From Trichosphaerium sp. ATCC 40318 (taxonomy: Eukaryota > Protista > Tubulinea), in the NCBI GenBank assembly GCA_038496445.1, contig JALMLS010000005.1, forward strand, positions 124,001 to 188,000: a DNA stretch of 64,000 nt, written 5' to 3'. Position numbers and translations under genes: made by a program. Below the pieces are notes generated by a model. The model was not told the origin of the DNA and searched no databases. It worked only from the letters and a program-made list of their open reading frames with translations. Shown here in pieces: positions 12,745-24,304 of the stretch (position 1 is its first letter; each line of letters opens with the position of its first letter).

Positions 12745-14902
12745 TTATTGCACAAGACCTTGCTTCTTCATGTATTCATACATCTTTCGACTCATGACAT
12801 TACCTTCAGAATCTTCACATTCTTCCATTTGTTCAGGTACCCAAGCCTCAGTACCCCGCTAAAAAAAAAAGAAAAAAGTGAGTTTCATGTCAACAGATCA
12901 TCAAAAATCATTGGTTGTTTGTCTTGTGACACAAATAATTATTCGTAAAACGAATATGTGAAATCAAGGATTTAAAAAATATGAAAATACTTACTGTCTC
13001 TCTGAGTTTCTTGCCGAGTTCAATGGCATCTTTAATTTTTGTAATTTCATGAAAATCTTTTGTATTTTCAACGCCCAAGCACTTCATACCATGAGCGTGA
13101 CGCCATTCCTGAAATTAATATGAGTACACTAAACTTTAAAACGTATCTCAGACGTTGCTAAAAATACACAACTCAAGGCAGAGGTGATAAAAAGAATTTG
13201 GAACCTAAGAACAAAACCATACCTGAAAATGTCTTTCAAAAGCTCTGCGACCCCAGTAGCTAGTATTACCACAAATCTCACATTTGTACTCGTTACCAAG
13301 ACCATGTAATTTATATAACCAATAAGGAATTGGCTGACCATCCCAACCAATTGGGTAGTTCTCCTTTGTCATGCTAAGAAAAAAGTGAGAAAAAAGCACC
13401 AAATCAAGCAATCTGTACATTATTTCCTCTTCAGGTTCAACTTCTGTCATATCTAGATCGTGTCCTGTTTCTCTATCTTCTAACTCACGCATACGCTCCT
13501 CTGGAGTCATAGATTGCTTCCTCTGAATAAAGTCCTTGGCTTCTTTGATTTCTTCCTTCAACAAATCGGATAATCGATTTACTTTATACTCAAGTCGGTT
13601 TACTTCCTTTTGAACTTCTTCATAACGAGCTTTGGCACGTTTAAACTTTTTACCCTTCATACGGTTCCTAAATACATTTGGATTTGTATAGTTACGACGT
13701 TGATATATACAGTATAGTTCCGGATGCACAGTTTCCTGTAAAAACAAAAAACGTCAGAAAAAGGCCAAAAAAAAAAAGAACTCGCTGTCACAAGCTGGTA
13801 TTTTTTTTCTTTGCGTTTCTTGTGATTAAGTACCTTGGTTGCGTTGTATCCTATAGGTTTGAAGTCATCTTGGCTGTATTTTTTTTCAAAACTAACTTCG
13901 AACTCAGCAAGCGGTTTGTCTATATCAAATAATGGCTGACTACGTCTGAAAAAATCGACTAAATAATCAGCAACCTCGTTCATGTATCTAAAACTTAGTA
14001 AGCCAAGAAGGAAACGATTTTTTGAAAAAAAAATAGGATTTCATTTTTAGGTTTTTTCCTTCTCCCTCTATAACTCTATACTACGTCTCTAATTGTAGAC
14101 ATATTTATAAAGTACGTACTTTGTATATTCTTTGGTTACTCTATCAACTTGACGGTAAGAAAATCTGTAAAATGTATCAAGATATGTGACATAGTCAATC
14201 TTGTCTTCAACGCCAGGTAGATTCAAGTATTTCTCATGGAATTCATGTACATCAATGGCTTTACCATGGCACTCATCACCTGTGAATTGTACAGGCGCTG
14301 GAAGACGTGTTAAGCCATAGATATCCAAAAAAAAAAAAGCGGCAATATAAAAAAATAGTTTGAAAAAAAAATTAGCGTACGTTCGTTGCCCATGTCCTCA
14401 AGCATACTCTCAGCTTCAGTATATTCTATAGCAAGTCCAGGGAAGCGTTTATGATAATCTTTGACTTCACTAGTCTTGGTTAAACGTGGGGAAAGATGTT
14501 TTGATACATACCCTAACTTTGCATAAAATTTCTTGAAGAGATCTGTGCCAGAGCCTTGTATTTCGCCCAGTTCGTTTGCCAAGTGACTAAGTTAGTGTTA
14601 ATTTGGTACTGATGTTGTAATTATCTCAAAATAATCATTTATGCTTCTGTGGCGTACCCATCAACGTCCTTGTATGATTCAGACAACTCGGTCGTACGCT
14701 CAATAATTTTGTCGATAAACGCGTTAACATGGTGGTGTTGCGCTACAGTTTCCTTGTGCTAGTGGAATATATCAACAAAAGCGCTCTTACATAATTATGA
14801 ACGTACACTTTTAGCTTCTTCTATTAGAACATCCACGCAGCCTTTTTCGCACATCTCGACGTTCTCATGGGTGGAGCGGACACGCTCAACGAGGGAGTTC
14901 AT
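12745..14902 (-). CDS. SF3A3: Splicing factor 3A subunit 3 (Prp9)
   Basis: [73 protein letters not shown]; ends KKQGLVQ. Confidence 0.97.
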
Positions 14903-15049
14903 AATGGACGGAAAAGCGTTTTTATGAAGGAGCGGCTAACGCAGAGAGGGTTTTGCACAGAGTCGAAGCAAAGAAACTTCTAATTAAGTCTTCAAAATTC
15001 AAATCTAAATTGCTAGCAACTTTACTGAAGGCTAGTAGCACTGACCTAG

Positions 15050-16110
15050 ATGATAGGCCCAATGCGGTATACGTTACAGAGGTATCTAAGCCAGTAGATT
15101 TAACTGTTTAACGATTTATAGCACTGAACGCACGGCTATCGCTCTGAGCTCCATTGGCGAGCAGCTAGGCGTTAAATATCTAGATGATTGGTACAAAACA
15201 ACCAAAGGTAGCCTATTGCGCTCAAAGGAATCTATCGCACTCCCTCAGTACGTTTATTACATAATAAAGTGATTCTTACATCGTACAGCGCCTCACTACC
15301 AACCATTTTGCGAAGAGTGTACAAAAATCATGATTGGGCTTCATGGCGGTTCAAGCATGTTTTTATTAACTTTGGCGATTTTAATCTAACGTTTCGTGTA
15401 TAGGCACGTGCCTACAGGCTACTGGAACAAGATGGACAATCAACGCACTGCAGTTGATAGTATAGGCAAGCTGTTAGGCGTAAAAATGCTTGAAGACTGG
15501 CATACTCGCACGTGCAAGCACCTTAAAGATATTGGCGCCTCAGGATTGCTAGACAGGTAAAAACCACATGAACGTTGTCTTCTTTTTTGGCATTGTCTGA
15601 GCAAGATTTTCTGAGGTTTGCTTCTTTATTTATTTTGCTTATTTTGTAAGGCACGGTGGTTCTTTATCTGCTATTTTGGAAACTGTATATCCTGAATATA
15701 AATGGAATCTTCCCAAACAAAGTAAAACAGTACCTTGGGGATACTGGAGAGACAACGATAGGAAAATGAGCTTTTTGCATAAAGTCAAAGAAACATTAAA
15801 TATTTCATCCCAGTCTGAATGGTTTGTTTATTTCGCACCTACCAACTGTTTAGCTGATTTATTTAATATTTAGGTATAAACTATCAAAGCAAGATATTGT
15901 TGACATAGGAGGTCAAGGTGCTATACGCTATTACCCTTACAACTTGGCTATTTTGTATCCAGATATCCGCTGGCGTTGGTCCGATTTTTCAGTATCTATG
16001 AAGCGTTCACGGCAAAGGTATGTATACCTTAGTAACAAATAAACTCAATACTAACCTAATCATAAAGGAATTTGCTTGAGTGTACTAAAAGGATGATAGT
16101 AAGGTCTTAA
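15050..16110 (+). CDS. Second member of the ~70-aa repeat family (3 repeats), no nuclease domain
   Basis: LGVKYLDDWYK, VPTGYWNKMDNQR..DSIGKLLGVKMLEDW, GGSLSAILETVYPEYKW, VPWGYW; ends SMKRSRQRNLL...*. Start codon tentative. Confidence 0.75.
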
Positions 16111-16327
16111 AAAAAGCGCTTATTTCTCAGCAAATGTGATAGACTCGTCGTTTGACAAAAATCTGACGCCAGAATTACAGAACTACTATTTATTAAGTAG
16201 TACCGCCACAACCACAAACGAATAAAGGGCGAGTGACACGTGATGAGTGTCGATAAATCAAGCCAAATATTGGTCAATACCAACTACGTATGGGTTGGCA
16301 GATAATCCCTTCAAGAATTTTTGAGGC

Positions 16328-17228
16328 TCACAGATCCTGTTTTTCTCCTCTTTGAAATACCACGTCCGTACGCAAGATATACTTTACACCATTCCTCAAA
16401 TTGGCGCCACGATGCATCAATCCTTCTTGTGGGTTCTGTAAGAATAGAACAGCTAGCCCAGGTTGAGGTTGTATCGATTTATAAACCTCTCCTTGAGAGT
16501 CAAGAAACTCAGTTGCACCTCCTTCAAACTCATTGTTTAAATAAATCATAAACGTTAGAAGACTAACACGTCCACTGCCTTAGTTTAAAGAAAGATTAGT
16601 ATTAAATTGATAAATTAAAAACCCATCAAACTGCCATTGACTTGGTCAATAGTAGTACCTAGGTTTTGCAAAGTTTTTCAAATAATTTTCTGGAACGTAC
16701 CTACGCCGACAGAGTAGTCGTAGTGATCAGTGAAATGATGTTGAGGTGTGTCATATTTACAAACGCGTGGTTGATTGTATAATGAATGCTTATGCCACGT
16801 GTAAATGGCATCAGGATCGTCACCATCCTATCCAGTGTTAGAACGAAATGATTCGGCTGTACGAGACTAAAACAAAGTTGTACCGCATCATATCCTAGTA
16901 CAGTATCCGGAATAAAGTCTTTTGTTCTTGACCAGAGCCATGACACTAGATCGTCATCTGTAAACTTTTTACGCCAGCAAAACCGATAATTTGAAAACCC
17001 ATTTACCATTTCAAAGCCCTAAAGGATGAATTAAGCTGATTTGTACAAGAAAAGGTTCAATTGAGATAAAATAAACTGTGCCTGTTTCTCAGCGGCGTCA
17101 ATAAGAACTTTACACTCAAATGGGGACAATAAGCCGTTAATTAACCAAGCTGCATCCTTTACAAATTCTACACGCTCTCCTTTACCCTTTTCAGCCTTTT
17201 GTAAACCTTCACTTGCAAACTGCCACAT
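16328..17228 (-). CDS. 2-oxoglutarate/Fe(II) oxygenase, prolyl-4-hydroxylase-like
   Basis: LLSPFECKVLI, RFCKY...FTDHYD (HxD), LTFMIYLNNEFEGGATEF, LMHRG...GVKYILRTDV. Confidence 0.9.
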
Positions 17229-17379
17229 GTTATGAATCAACAATAATATGCTTAAGTTCTCTGAATCACGGAAAACTGAAGAAATTATGCGAAAATGTTG
17301 TACCAAATGGCATAATTAGTAAAGATGTCATGTTCCTTTTGGTTCTGTTCTGATTAAAAAAATGCTTTAAATTTTAAAG

Positions 17380-17515
17380 GTATACATTTCCTACAAATCA
17401 TGTTCAGCGTAATCCTTTGAAGGACAAACCAAAAAAACATACCTGTTATCCACAAAAATCCGCCCAAGTTAGTGTGGTTCATGGAGCTTTCGTCAATAAA
17501 AATCACCTGTTTTCT
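17380..17515 (-). pseudogene. Deleted remnant of the 5' end of the TMEM144 gene (part of the inverted duplication)
   Basis: Reverse complement is three joined blocks matching 46251-46283, 46317-46331 and 46737-46817. Confidence 0.85.
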
Positions 17516-17819
17516 GCGCCAAATATTGTCCGTATCATTCAAGTTTGCGACAGGTTTGGCAGAAGTATCAAAGTGTAAGATCCAAGAACTGACAGCTTTA
17601 ATAACAACTTGTGGAACCAGTGCAATGTGAATGCATCACATTCTATAACTCATTACAACATACCGTGCTTACTGTTCTTATGTACATTAAGGCAACACGA
17701 AAAAGCACTGTGCCAAAGTCACATCATCTAACAAGACTATTGCAGTATTTCACGTAGGTGCGCTCACCCAGTAGCCATAAAAACGGGTAGTTTTTGACAG
17801 ATCTTGTAAGAACTAACAG

Positions 17820-18345
17820 AAGTTGCAAGATTCATCTTACCTGAACTTATCACGTGCTCTTGTGAATGATGAAGCGATAGACGCTTTGGTAGGCGCACAC
17901 TATCTAGATCTAAGCAGTTCATATGGTTTCAGCAACTCTAGTATGGCAAATCTCAATTGTAATCACAATTAAGCTTGATCGCAAAAGTAACAGATGAAGG
18001 TGTTAAGGCCTTAGCTGGGGTTCACAATATTTCGTTGAGTAGGAGACGATTGTATCAAGCTCTGCCTGGTGTTCACACCATAAACCTTCGTAGAAATAAT
18101 GTAGCAGATAAAGGAGTGATGACTTTAGCAGGTGCATATGATTGATTTGAGAGCTACTTTGCTACTGATGAAGGACCTCTTGCTGGAGTACACAATCAAG
18201 TTTTCAAGCACGAAAGTAACCGATAGGGGCGTAATAGCGCTTGTTAGAGTGCATACAATTTGGCTTGATTGTTTTTCTGTCACTGACAAAGGAGTAAAAG
18301 CACTTGCAGGGTCAACACAATACGTATTGGAAAGACACTAGTTAC
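17820..18345 (+). pseudogene. Decayed intronless leucine-rich-repeat gene
   Basis: Repeats VTDEGVKALAGVHNISLS, VHTINLRRNNVADKGVMTLAG, VTDRGVIALVRVHTIWLD..VTDKGVKALAG lie in different frames with stops between them. Confidence 0.75.
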
Positions 18346-18651
18346 TATGGTTTGGTTACAAGGTAATGTAAATAGTAGCGTAGTTTGCTATGTAACTCAT
18401 GAGGTGGCAACAAGGTCACCGTGACTATCTTTTAAATAGGAAAATTTAGTTTGCAATGTACTCACTCTTGATACGAAGGACACAAAATGATGTGCAAGGG
18501 CAAAACCAACAAGATTAGAGGAATTACATAAATATTTAGTTACTTTGTCAAGTTCTGGAAGTAAAACGACAAATTTATAACATTATTGTAGTTTGCAACA
18601 AGTGGTCTGAGAGCCAATACCATGGACTGCATCTATACCAATGCATATCTC

Positions 18652-19044
18652 TTATTTGCATTCATAGCGGGTAACTCTAGGATAGCCATGGGACCACATA
18701 TCGCCATCAAGATGGTTACATCTTCCAGCGCTAGGTGTTCGCTTATTGCATCGTTTGCCACAGTTTTTCTTGCCTGATATGTTTTCATACTAAGCTTTAA
18801 ATTGAGTGGAACGCGTAGGAGATGAACAAGTACGTACGCCATCGTATTTCTTTTCTGGGCATGTACCCCATTTATCAGCACAAAAAGTTCCAGCTTTACC
18901 ATTTTCATGTTCGTAGAGTCTTGAGCACCATTTACCAATACATGATTCTTCCTCTTCGTCATTTCCTGCTACTGAGCATACAAACATTAATACCACGAAA
19001 ATAGTGGTCAATGATAACATGGACTTTGAAGAAAAGTTGTTCAT
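18652..19044 (-). CDS. Small secreted cysteine-rich protein (8 Cys after the signal peptide), one intron
   Basis: Signal MLSLTTIFVVLMFVCSVAG, acidic NDEEEES. A GTACGT..TTAG intron joins KYDG to YENISGKKNCGKRCNKRTPSAGRCNHLDGDMWSHGYPRVTRYECK*. Confidence 0.7.
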
Positions 19045-19599
19045 TGTGGGGTTAAATCCTTATTTTTAGATGAGTGAAAACTCGTCAATTTTTGTTCACG
19101 AAGGTTTATCCGATGAATCCCCGATTTCACATAACTTCAACAACTTGAATGAAACCATTGTTTAGCTTCCAACATACACCATGGTTAATAATGAACGCCA
19201 AAACAAGGGTTCAGTTAATACTCATAACACGAGACTACGCGGAGCGGTAAAATGATACAAAGCAGTCTATTACTCCAGGATAGAGATTTATTCAGTTTTT
19301 GTAATTGAGTGTGTCCAATGAATCCGCTATCACGAAACTACACGATGAACGCGAGTAGTATACTCGCTGTCTTAGAGCTGTCTTTTTTCAATAAACACAA
19401 AGGCAGGCTCATATACAGGTGTTTCTTGAGCCTCGTGTAACTTAGTGAAATCTATAAGCTCCAAAAAAAAACTATGTCACGTCTATATACTGTGTTTGAT
19501 GTTCAGGCGTTCTGATAGATAGAAGAATAGTACTAGCCATAGTTGAACACTTCACAGTAGAGCTTCAAAGTAAGTATTTATTAAGCAAAGCACGTTGGA

Positions 19600-20499
19600 C
19601 TACCAGCATTTAAAGATTCCTGCACCTGCAAACAAACCTGTCTTTCCATCAGCGATATACAGAATATCAATACTAGAATCTGTTATCCCTCCTTCAGCTC
19701 TCATTAAAGGCAGGTTATAATCTTCCATTAATTTACGTATTTTTTCATCACACATCTCTACTTGTGACTCTCTTGAACGTTTTTGTGTATTAGGCTCATG
19801 GTCTTCGCTGTTTTCCTCGTTTTCTTCTTCATCTTCTTCTGCACTGCTCTCCTTTAATGCTTTTATAAAATCTTCATAACTATCTTCTATAAACAAACCA
19901 GCACCTGATGGATCTTGTTCAGAAGTGACAACCTTGCCATCAGGGTTTGCTGTCTTAAAGACATAGTTTGCACCAAATGCCAATAACTCAGCATCAGGAC
20001 ATGGTGGAACCATGAAAGCCATAGGACGTGGACCACCGTATCCGAAAGCTCTAAAGAAATCATTGTAATCCAATTGCTCGAGTATTGCTGTCAACTTCAA
20101 TGAAAAGTTGATTCCACTTTCTAAATAATATTTCCATTCTTGCGCTGTTCTATCTGGATTCTTCGCTGGACTCAAGTCGAAACCGTCATCTATAGCATAC
20201 AGTGTGCCGCAGGGAGCTATTTTATGATTTCTGTAGAACCAACCACCAGCACCTCTAGCACAGCCATCAAATGTGTCGCGAAACGCTGTTTTGACCTCTT
20301 TGGCTACCTTACAACGCCAATAATTGGGTTGAGAAAGCAACGCTTTATAAACGCCCTTAGAAAGATAAAGAACGTGAGAAAAATCACTAAAAGGCTCTGA
20401 AGAATCTATAGAGCGTCCAACGATCATTGCTATAATTTCTACAGGTAATTCATGGAATGTTGAGGCAAGCGTTGCTGTACGCTTTCGTTTTGGAGGCAT
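19600..20499 (-). CDS. Intronless F-box-like protein with N-terminal NLS (intact copy)
   Basis: MPPKRKR (NLS-like), FHELPVEIIAMIV (F-box start), uninterrupted ORF with an acidic tract; near-identical to 45056-45966. Confidence 0.75.
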   Translation of the reverse strand: MPPKRKRTATLASTFHELPVEIIAMIVGRSIDSSEPFSDFSHVLYLSKGVYKALLSQPNYWRCKVAKEVKTAFRDTFDGCARGAGGWFYRNHKIAPCGTLYAIDDGFDLSPAKNPDRTAQEWKYYLESGINFSLKLTAILEQLDYNDFFRAFGYGGPRPMAFMVPPCPDAELLAFGANYVFKTANPDGKVVTSEQDPSGAGLFIEDSYEDFIKALKESSAEEDEEENEENSEDHEPNTQKRSRESQVEMCDEKIRKLMEDYNLPLMRAEGGITDSSIDILYIADGKTGLFAGAGIFKCW

Positions 20500-20683
20500 C
20501 GAAGGTTTTTTGGCAAAGTAGTAACACAATGTATTTGGAACACAACTCTTCGTTAAGTGGTTTACTTTTGGACTCTTATTTTTTTCTTAGTTTTTGACTT
20601 GCAATTCTCTCAAGATTTCGCTTTGCTTTTGTTAATTGCTTGCGAGTTTTCATTAAACCACGACCAACCCTTCAATAGCAACT

Positions 20684-21132
20684 ATGGAACCTAGCGAATA
20701 AACACTACCCATATATCCATACAAAGAATCTGTACTAAAGGTATTAAACAAATACCAAGTTTTGGCTGTAAGTGTATAGCCAAATCAACAATTATTCAAT
20801 ACACTATGGACCAGATGCTATTGCGAACATTCCTTGAGAACAAAACGTTAAAAGAGTACTCTACAATAATAATTGGAGACGTGAAGGAACGTACAGTAGT
20901 GACAGACACCTTAATGGCTCTTTTACAAAACCTGATTCAACAAAGAAAGGACTTGAAGGTAGTATTAAGTGATGCTTATGTCAATGCTAAAGTATCTGAT
21001 TTCTTTGGATCCTGCCCAATCTTTGTTGTTCCAGGACGTATCTTTCCTTTGACAGTTGAGCATATTAATGTGCCTACATCTAGCACATTAAACAACTTCA
21101 TGGAAGTTGCTTTAACAACACAAAGTCACTTG
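20684..21132 (+). pseudogene. Broken copy of the DEAH-like helicase gene at 43213-44769
   Basis: ATGGAACCTAGCGAATAA (stop at codon 6), internal deletion of roughly 200 nt, 1-nt deletion near 21116, truncated at ~21132. Confidence 0.9.
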
Positions 21133-21266
21133 AAAAGCAACACGTGTTTGTCGGTATACAGTCTGCAGGTATGATCGGATCATCCGCAGCATTTATACAA
21201 AGTACAGGAATTCGTGTACCTACACAAAGGCAAAGTCAACATCAATTACAGTGAAACAAGTCTTAG
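21133..21266 (-). pseudogene. Duplicated fragment (exon + intron) of the ABHD gene
   Basis: Reverse complement of ~42847-42977 (IPVLCINAADDPIIPADCIP exon) with few substitutions. Confidence 0.9.
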
Positions 21267-21335
21267 TTTCGTGTCTAACAGGTGATCAAACTTTTGAAGC
21301 AATGCCAATTTATTTTACAAAGTTGACTTGAGGAA

Positions 21336-24063
21336 CTAGTCAACACCTTCACCATCAAATTCATCCGACGGTTCATCTGAACCATTTCCTTCTGGTACAT
21401 GCAGATGACTTTGTAGAGGTATCCGTAGAGCAGCCTCATCATGAACAATCTGTTCATGAATTTGTGATTTGAACATATAAATGATCGCCAAAAATTTCTC
21501 TTCGAAAGGAGCAGGATCATAAAACCCTGGTAATAAAGCCTTTGATCCTTTGTGTAGATCCAACTGAGAATTACTAACTTTATACTAGAACCAAGAGTTA
21601 AACTGGTAGGCAAAAAAAAAAGAAAAAAAAAAGGAACTGTTAAGGCTGCGACGCTACGCGTACTTTGTTATGCGTCAATACCAAATGTGGTATCGTTTTA
21701 ACACGTTTAGTAAAAAAGGAAATGAAAAAAGAAAAAGAAAACAAAGCTCAGGGAGGTGTTGTACCTGCAGTGCAGCTTGGACATCTATAATTTTTTCATT
21801 ATCTTCAAATGATTCCATCATATCCAAAATAGAAGTTCTATGTTCTGTATCAACTGGAATAGCACCATAGTATGCACCAGTTATAACCAAACCTACAACA
21901 AACATAATGTAAATTTCTCACGGCTCAAACAAACAATAACTAATGCTACTACATACCACCACCAATGACCTCTTCTTCACGTTTTCTAATGTCTTCAATT
22001 CGTTTGCCAACAGTAATTAAAAAGTCTGCAGCTTCCTTCTTGGACTTGGCCATTTTTTCTGAAAAAAAGAATCAGTTAAAGGTCTCTGGTTGTTTGTTCG
22101 CTTCCAGTAATTGACTCAAATATGTACCTTCTTGAGCTTGTTTCCTCCTCAGTTTTTTCTGTCGTCTTCTTGGCTCAACAAGCAAGTGCTTAACAAGCAA
22201 AGAAACACAAAATGGGAATGCAAGACCAGCCAAAATAGACCAGAAATTTAGGTCATGTGATATTAACATAGGTAAAGAAAAACCATAGTTTAGACGCTTA
22301 GTAAAAAGCTTAAGCTTCACTCCTAATAGCACGGAGGTATTAGAAAATAATCAAACAAATTAGAGCATAAATACATACCTTTAGAACCAAAAGAAACGCC
22401 TACATTACCAGCACTCTTGAAATCAAAAGTACGCGAAAGTGTAAGCCCAATACGCCAGTTTTCAAAAGAGATTGACCCAGAAAATTGAGCATAACCCTTA
22501 GGTGTAGCATCTACATATTTCTGAGCAAAACGTCTTACTGTAACAGCCTTGAGTTTTATATCATTTTTATCTCCCTATTTTTTTAAAATCAGTTAACAAC
22601 AACGCCCAGCGATTGATTGCTATCACGTACAGAAATAGACATAAGAAACTCGCTCTTATTAAGTACGTTGTGATGATAACCAACTTCCATGTCACACTGT
22701 GCATCTTCCTAAAAAAAAAAACACGTGTAAATTTTTTTGAAGGAAATTTTATATGTTGTACGTTAACAGAACCAAATTCTGGCCATGTTCCAACACGAGA
22801 TGAGAAATATACAGATTTCTCTTCCTTTGTCTCATCTTCAACTTGCAAGTATTTATTAAATCGAAGGTTGATATAATTATGGGAATGATTCATTGCTGAT
22901 AGTTTGATACTTCCTTCACTACAACGCAAAAACAAGTTAACAAAACAAAAACAATAGCATATCATAGTTACACAAATTTCGATTGTGCAATAAATTAAAA
23001 CGTGTTCAAACATAAACTACACGTACTATGTTTCCCAAAGTTTCCTTGTGAATTCAAGCTCTAGAAGATAAAATTGTCGAGAAACAAGACCCATGTTTAT
23101 TTTAGCCTTTGTTATTTGATCAAGAGAGTACTCCATTAGTAAAAGCGCTTGCCCACCACCAGCTAAATTATGTCATAAGAATAAGAAAGTACAAATGTTT
23201 ATCTTATCAAACTAGCTGAATGAAACAGCGCAAAGAGGATGTTTTTACGGAACTCAAAAAAATAAAATCCGATTTCCCAAGAAAAAGTCTGTATGCGTTT
23301 CTAAAGTTGACTTACTTGATTGTATACTGGCAACAGGTTTAATTGTAAAACTGTTTGTAACTGGCACATGCCATTCATGACTGAGACTTACACGAGACAC
23401 TTCAAAGCCTAAACAACAAATGTCACTTTTTTACGCCTAGTTTGTAAGTCTGTACCTTGATATTGCTCATTTTCTGTTGCGCTGTACATGTCAGCGAAGT
23501 TTAATTTCATTTCAGCATGTCCACTGAGGCCAATCTCTTGACTAAGTTCATTGTGTAATTTAGCTTCGTTCCACTTATTAAACTTGCGTTTGAGCTTCAT
23601 CAAGAACCGTTAGAGTTGGAACGTACAAAAAAAATGCCAAATGACGGCGACTAGAAGAAAACGCCCTAATCTATACGATACAGGACTCTACGTACGTCTT
23701 CTGTGCTGTAGTTGCGTTTATCAAGCTCTGTTTTACGGTCTTCGAAGTGTTTTAACCCCTGCTGTCCAAATTCATCGTATAGTTCCCTTTGCACTTCACT
23801 TGTGAGTATAGACTTGGCCTCTTGCAATAGCTTAAAAGAACTTTCAGCAGCGCTCTTTTCTTCTGCGGTATGCTTCCTATCTGGATGAAATGTTCTCACT
23901 TGGCTCTTGAACGCTTTTTCAATTTCATCAATAGTTGCCTACTATCATTAGACAGCCAGTCATTTATAACACTCAATAAGCGAGCGTTCAATCATCGGTA
24001 GCGTACGGTACGCTCTACGCCAAGTATAGCGTAGTAGTCTCTTTCAACGTGATCGTCGCCCAT
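21336..24063 (-). CDS. DNAJC11: DnaJ subfamily C member 11-like
   Basis: J-domain DYYAILGV...FHPDR...RELYDEFG; C-terminal GLVITGAYYG, IIDVQAALQ, SKALLPGFYDPAPFEEK. Confidence 0.92.
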
Positions 24064-24304
24064 CTGGTTACAGAATTAACGCATGCACTGCACTGCTAAG
24101 CGAATGAGGTTGCGATAGGTTTTTTTTTATCAGCACAAAACGGGTCAAACAGTATTCTTTCCAAACCCAACCATGTGGTTTACTCGTAATTGCTAGTGCA
24201 CCTAAACGCACTTAGATAACTCACAAAGGCCTTTGAGGATCCCTTTTCAACTAAAATTTCAAAAAACACGGCCCACAACGTTTAATTAGCTGTATTTACG
24301 AACA

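Noticed and set aside
19069-19095. GAAA-tetraloop hairpin followed by AATTTTTGT (snRNA or hammerhead-like)
   Set aside because: No hammerhead core or other snRNA elements; a short hairpin can arise by chance upstream of a gene.
20140-20400. Antisense ORF also present at 45155-45415
   Set aside because: It is shared only because the sense F-box gene was recently duplicated.
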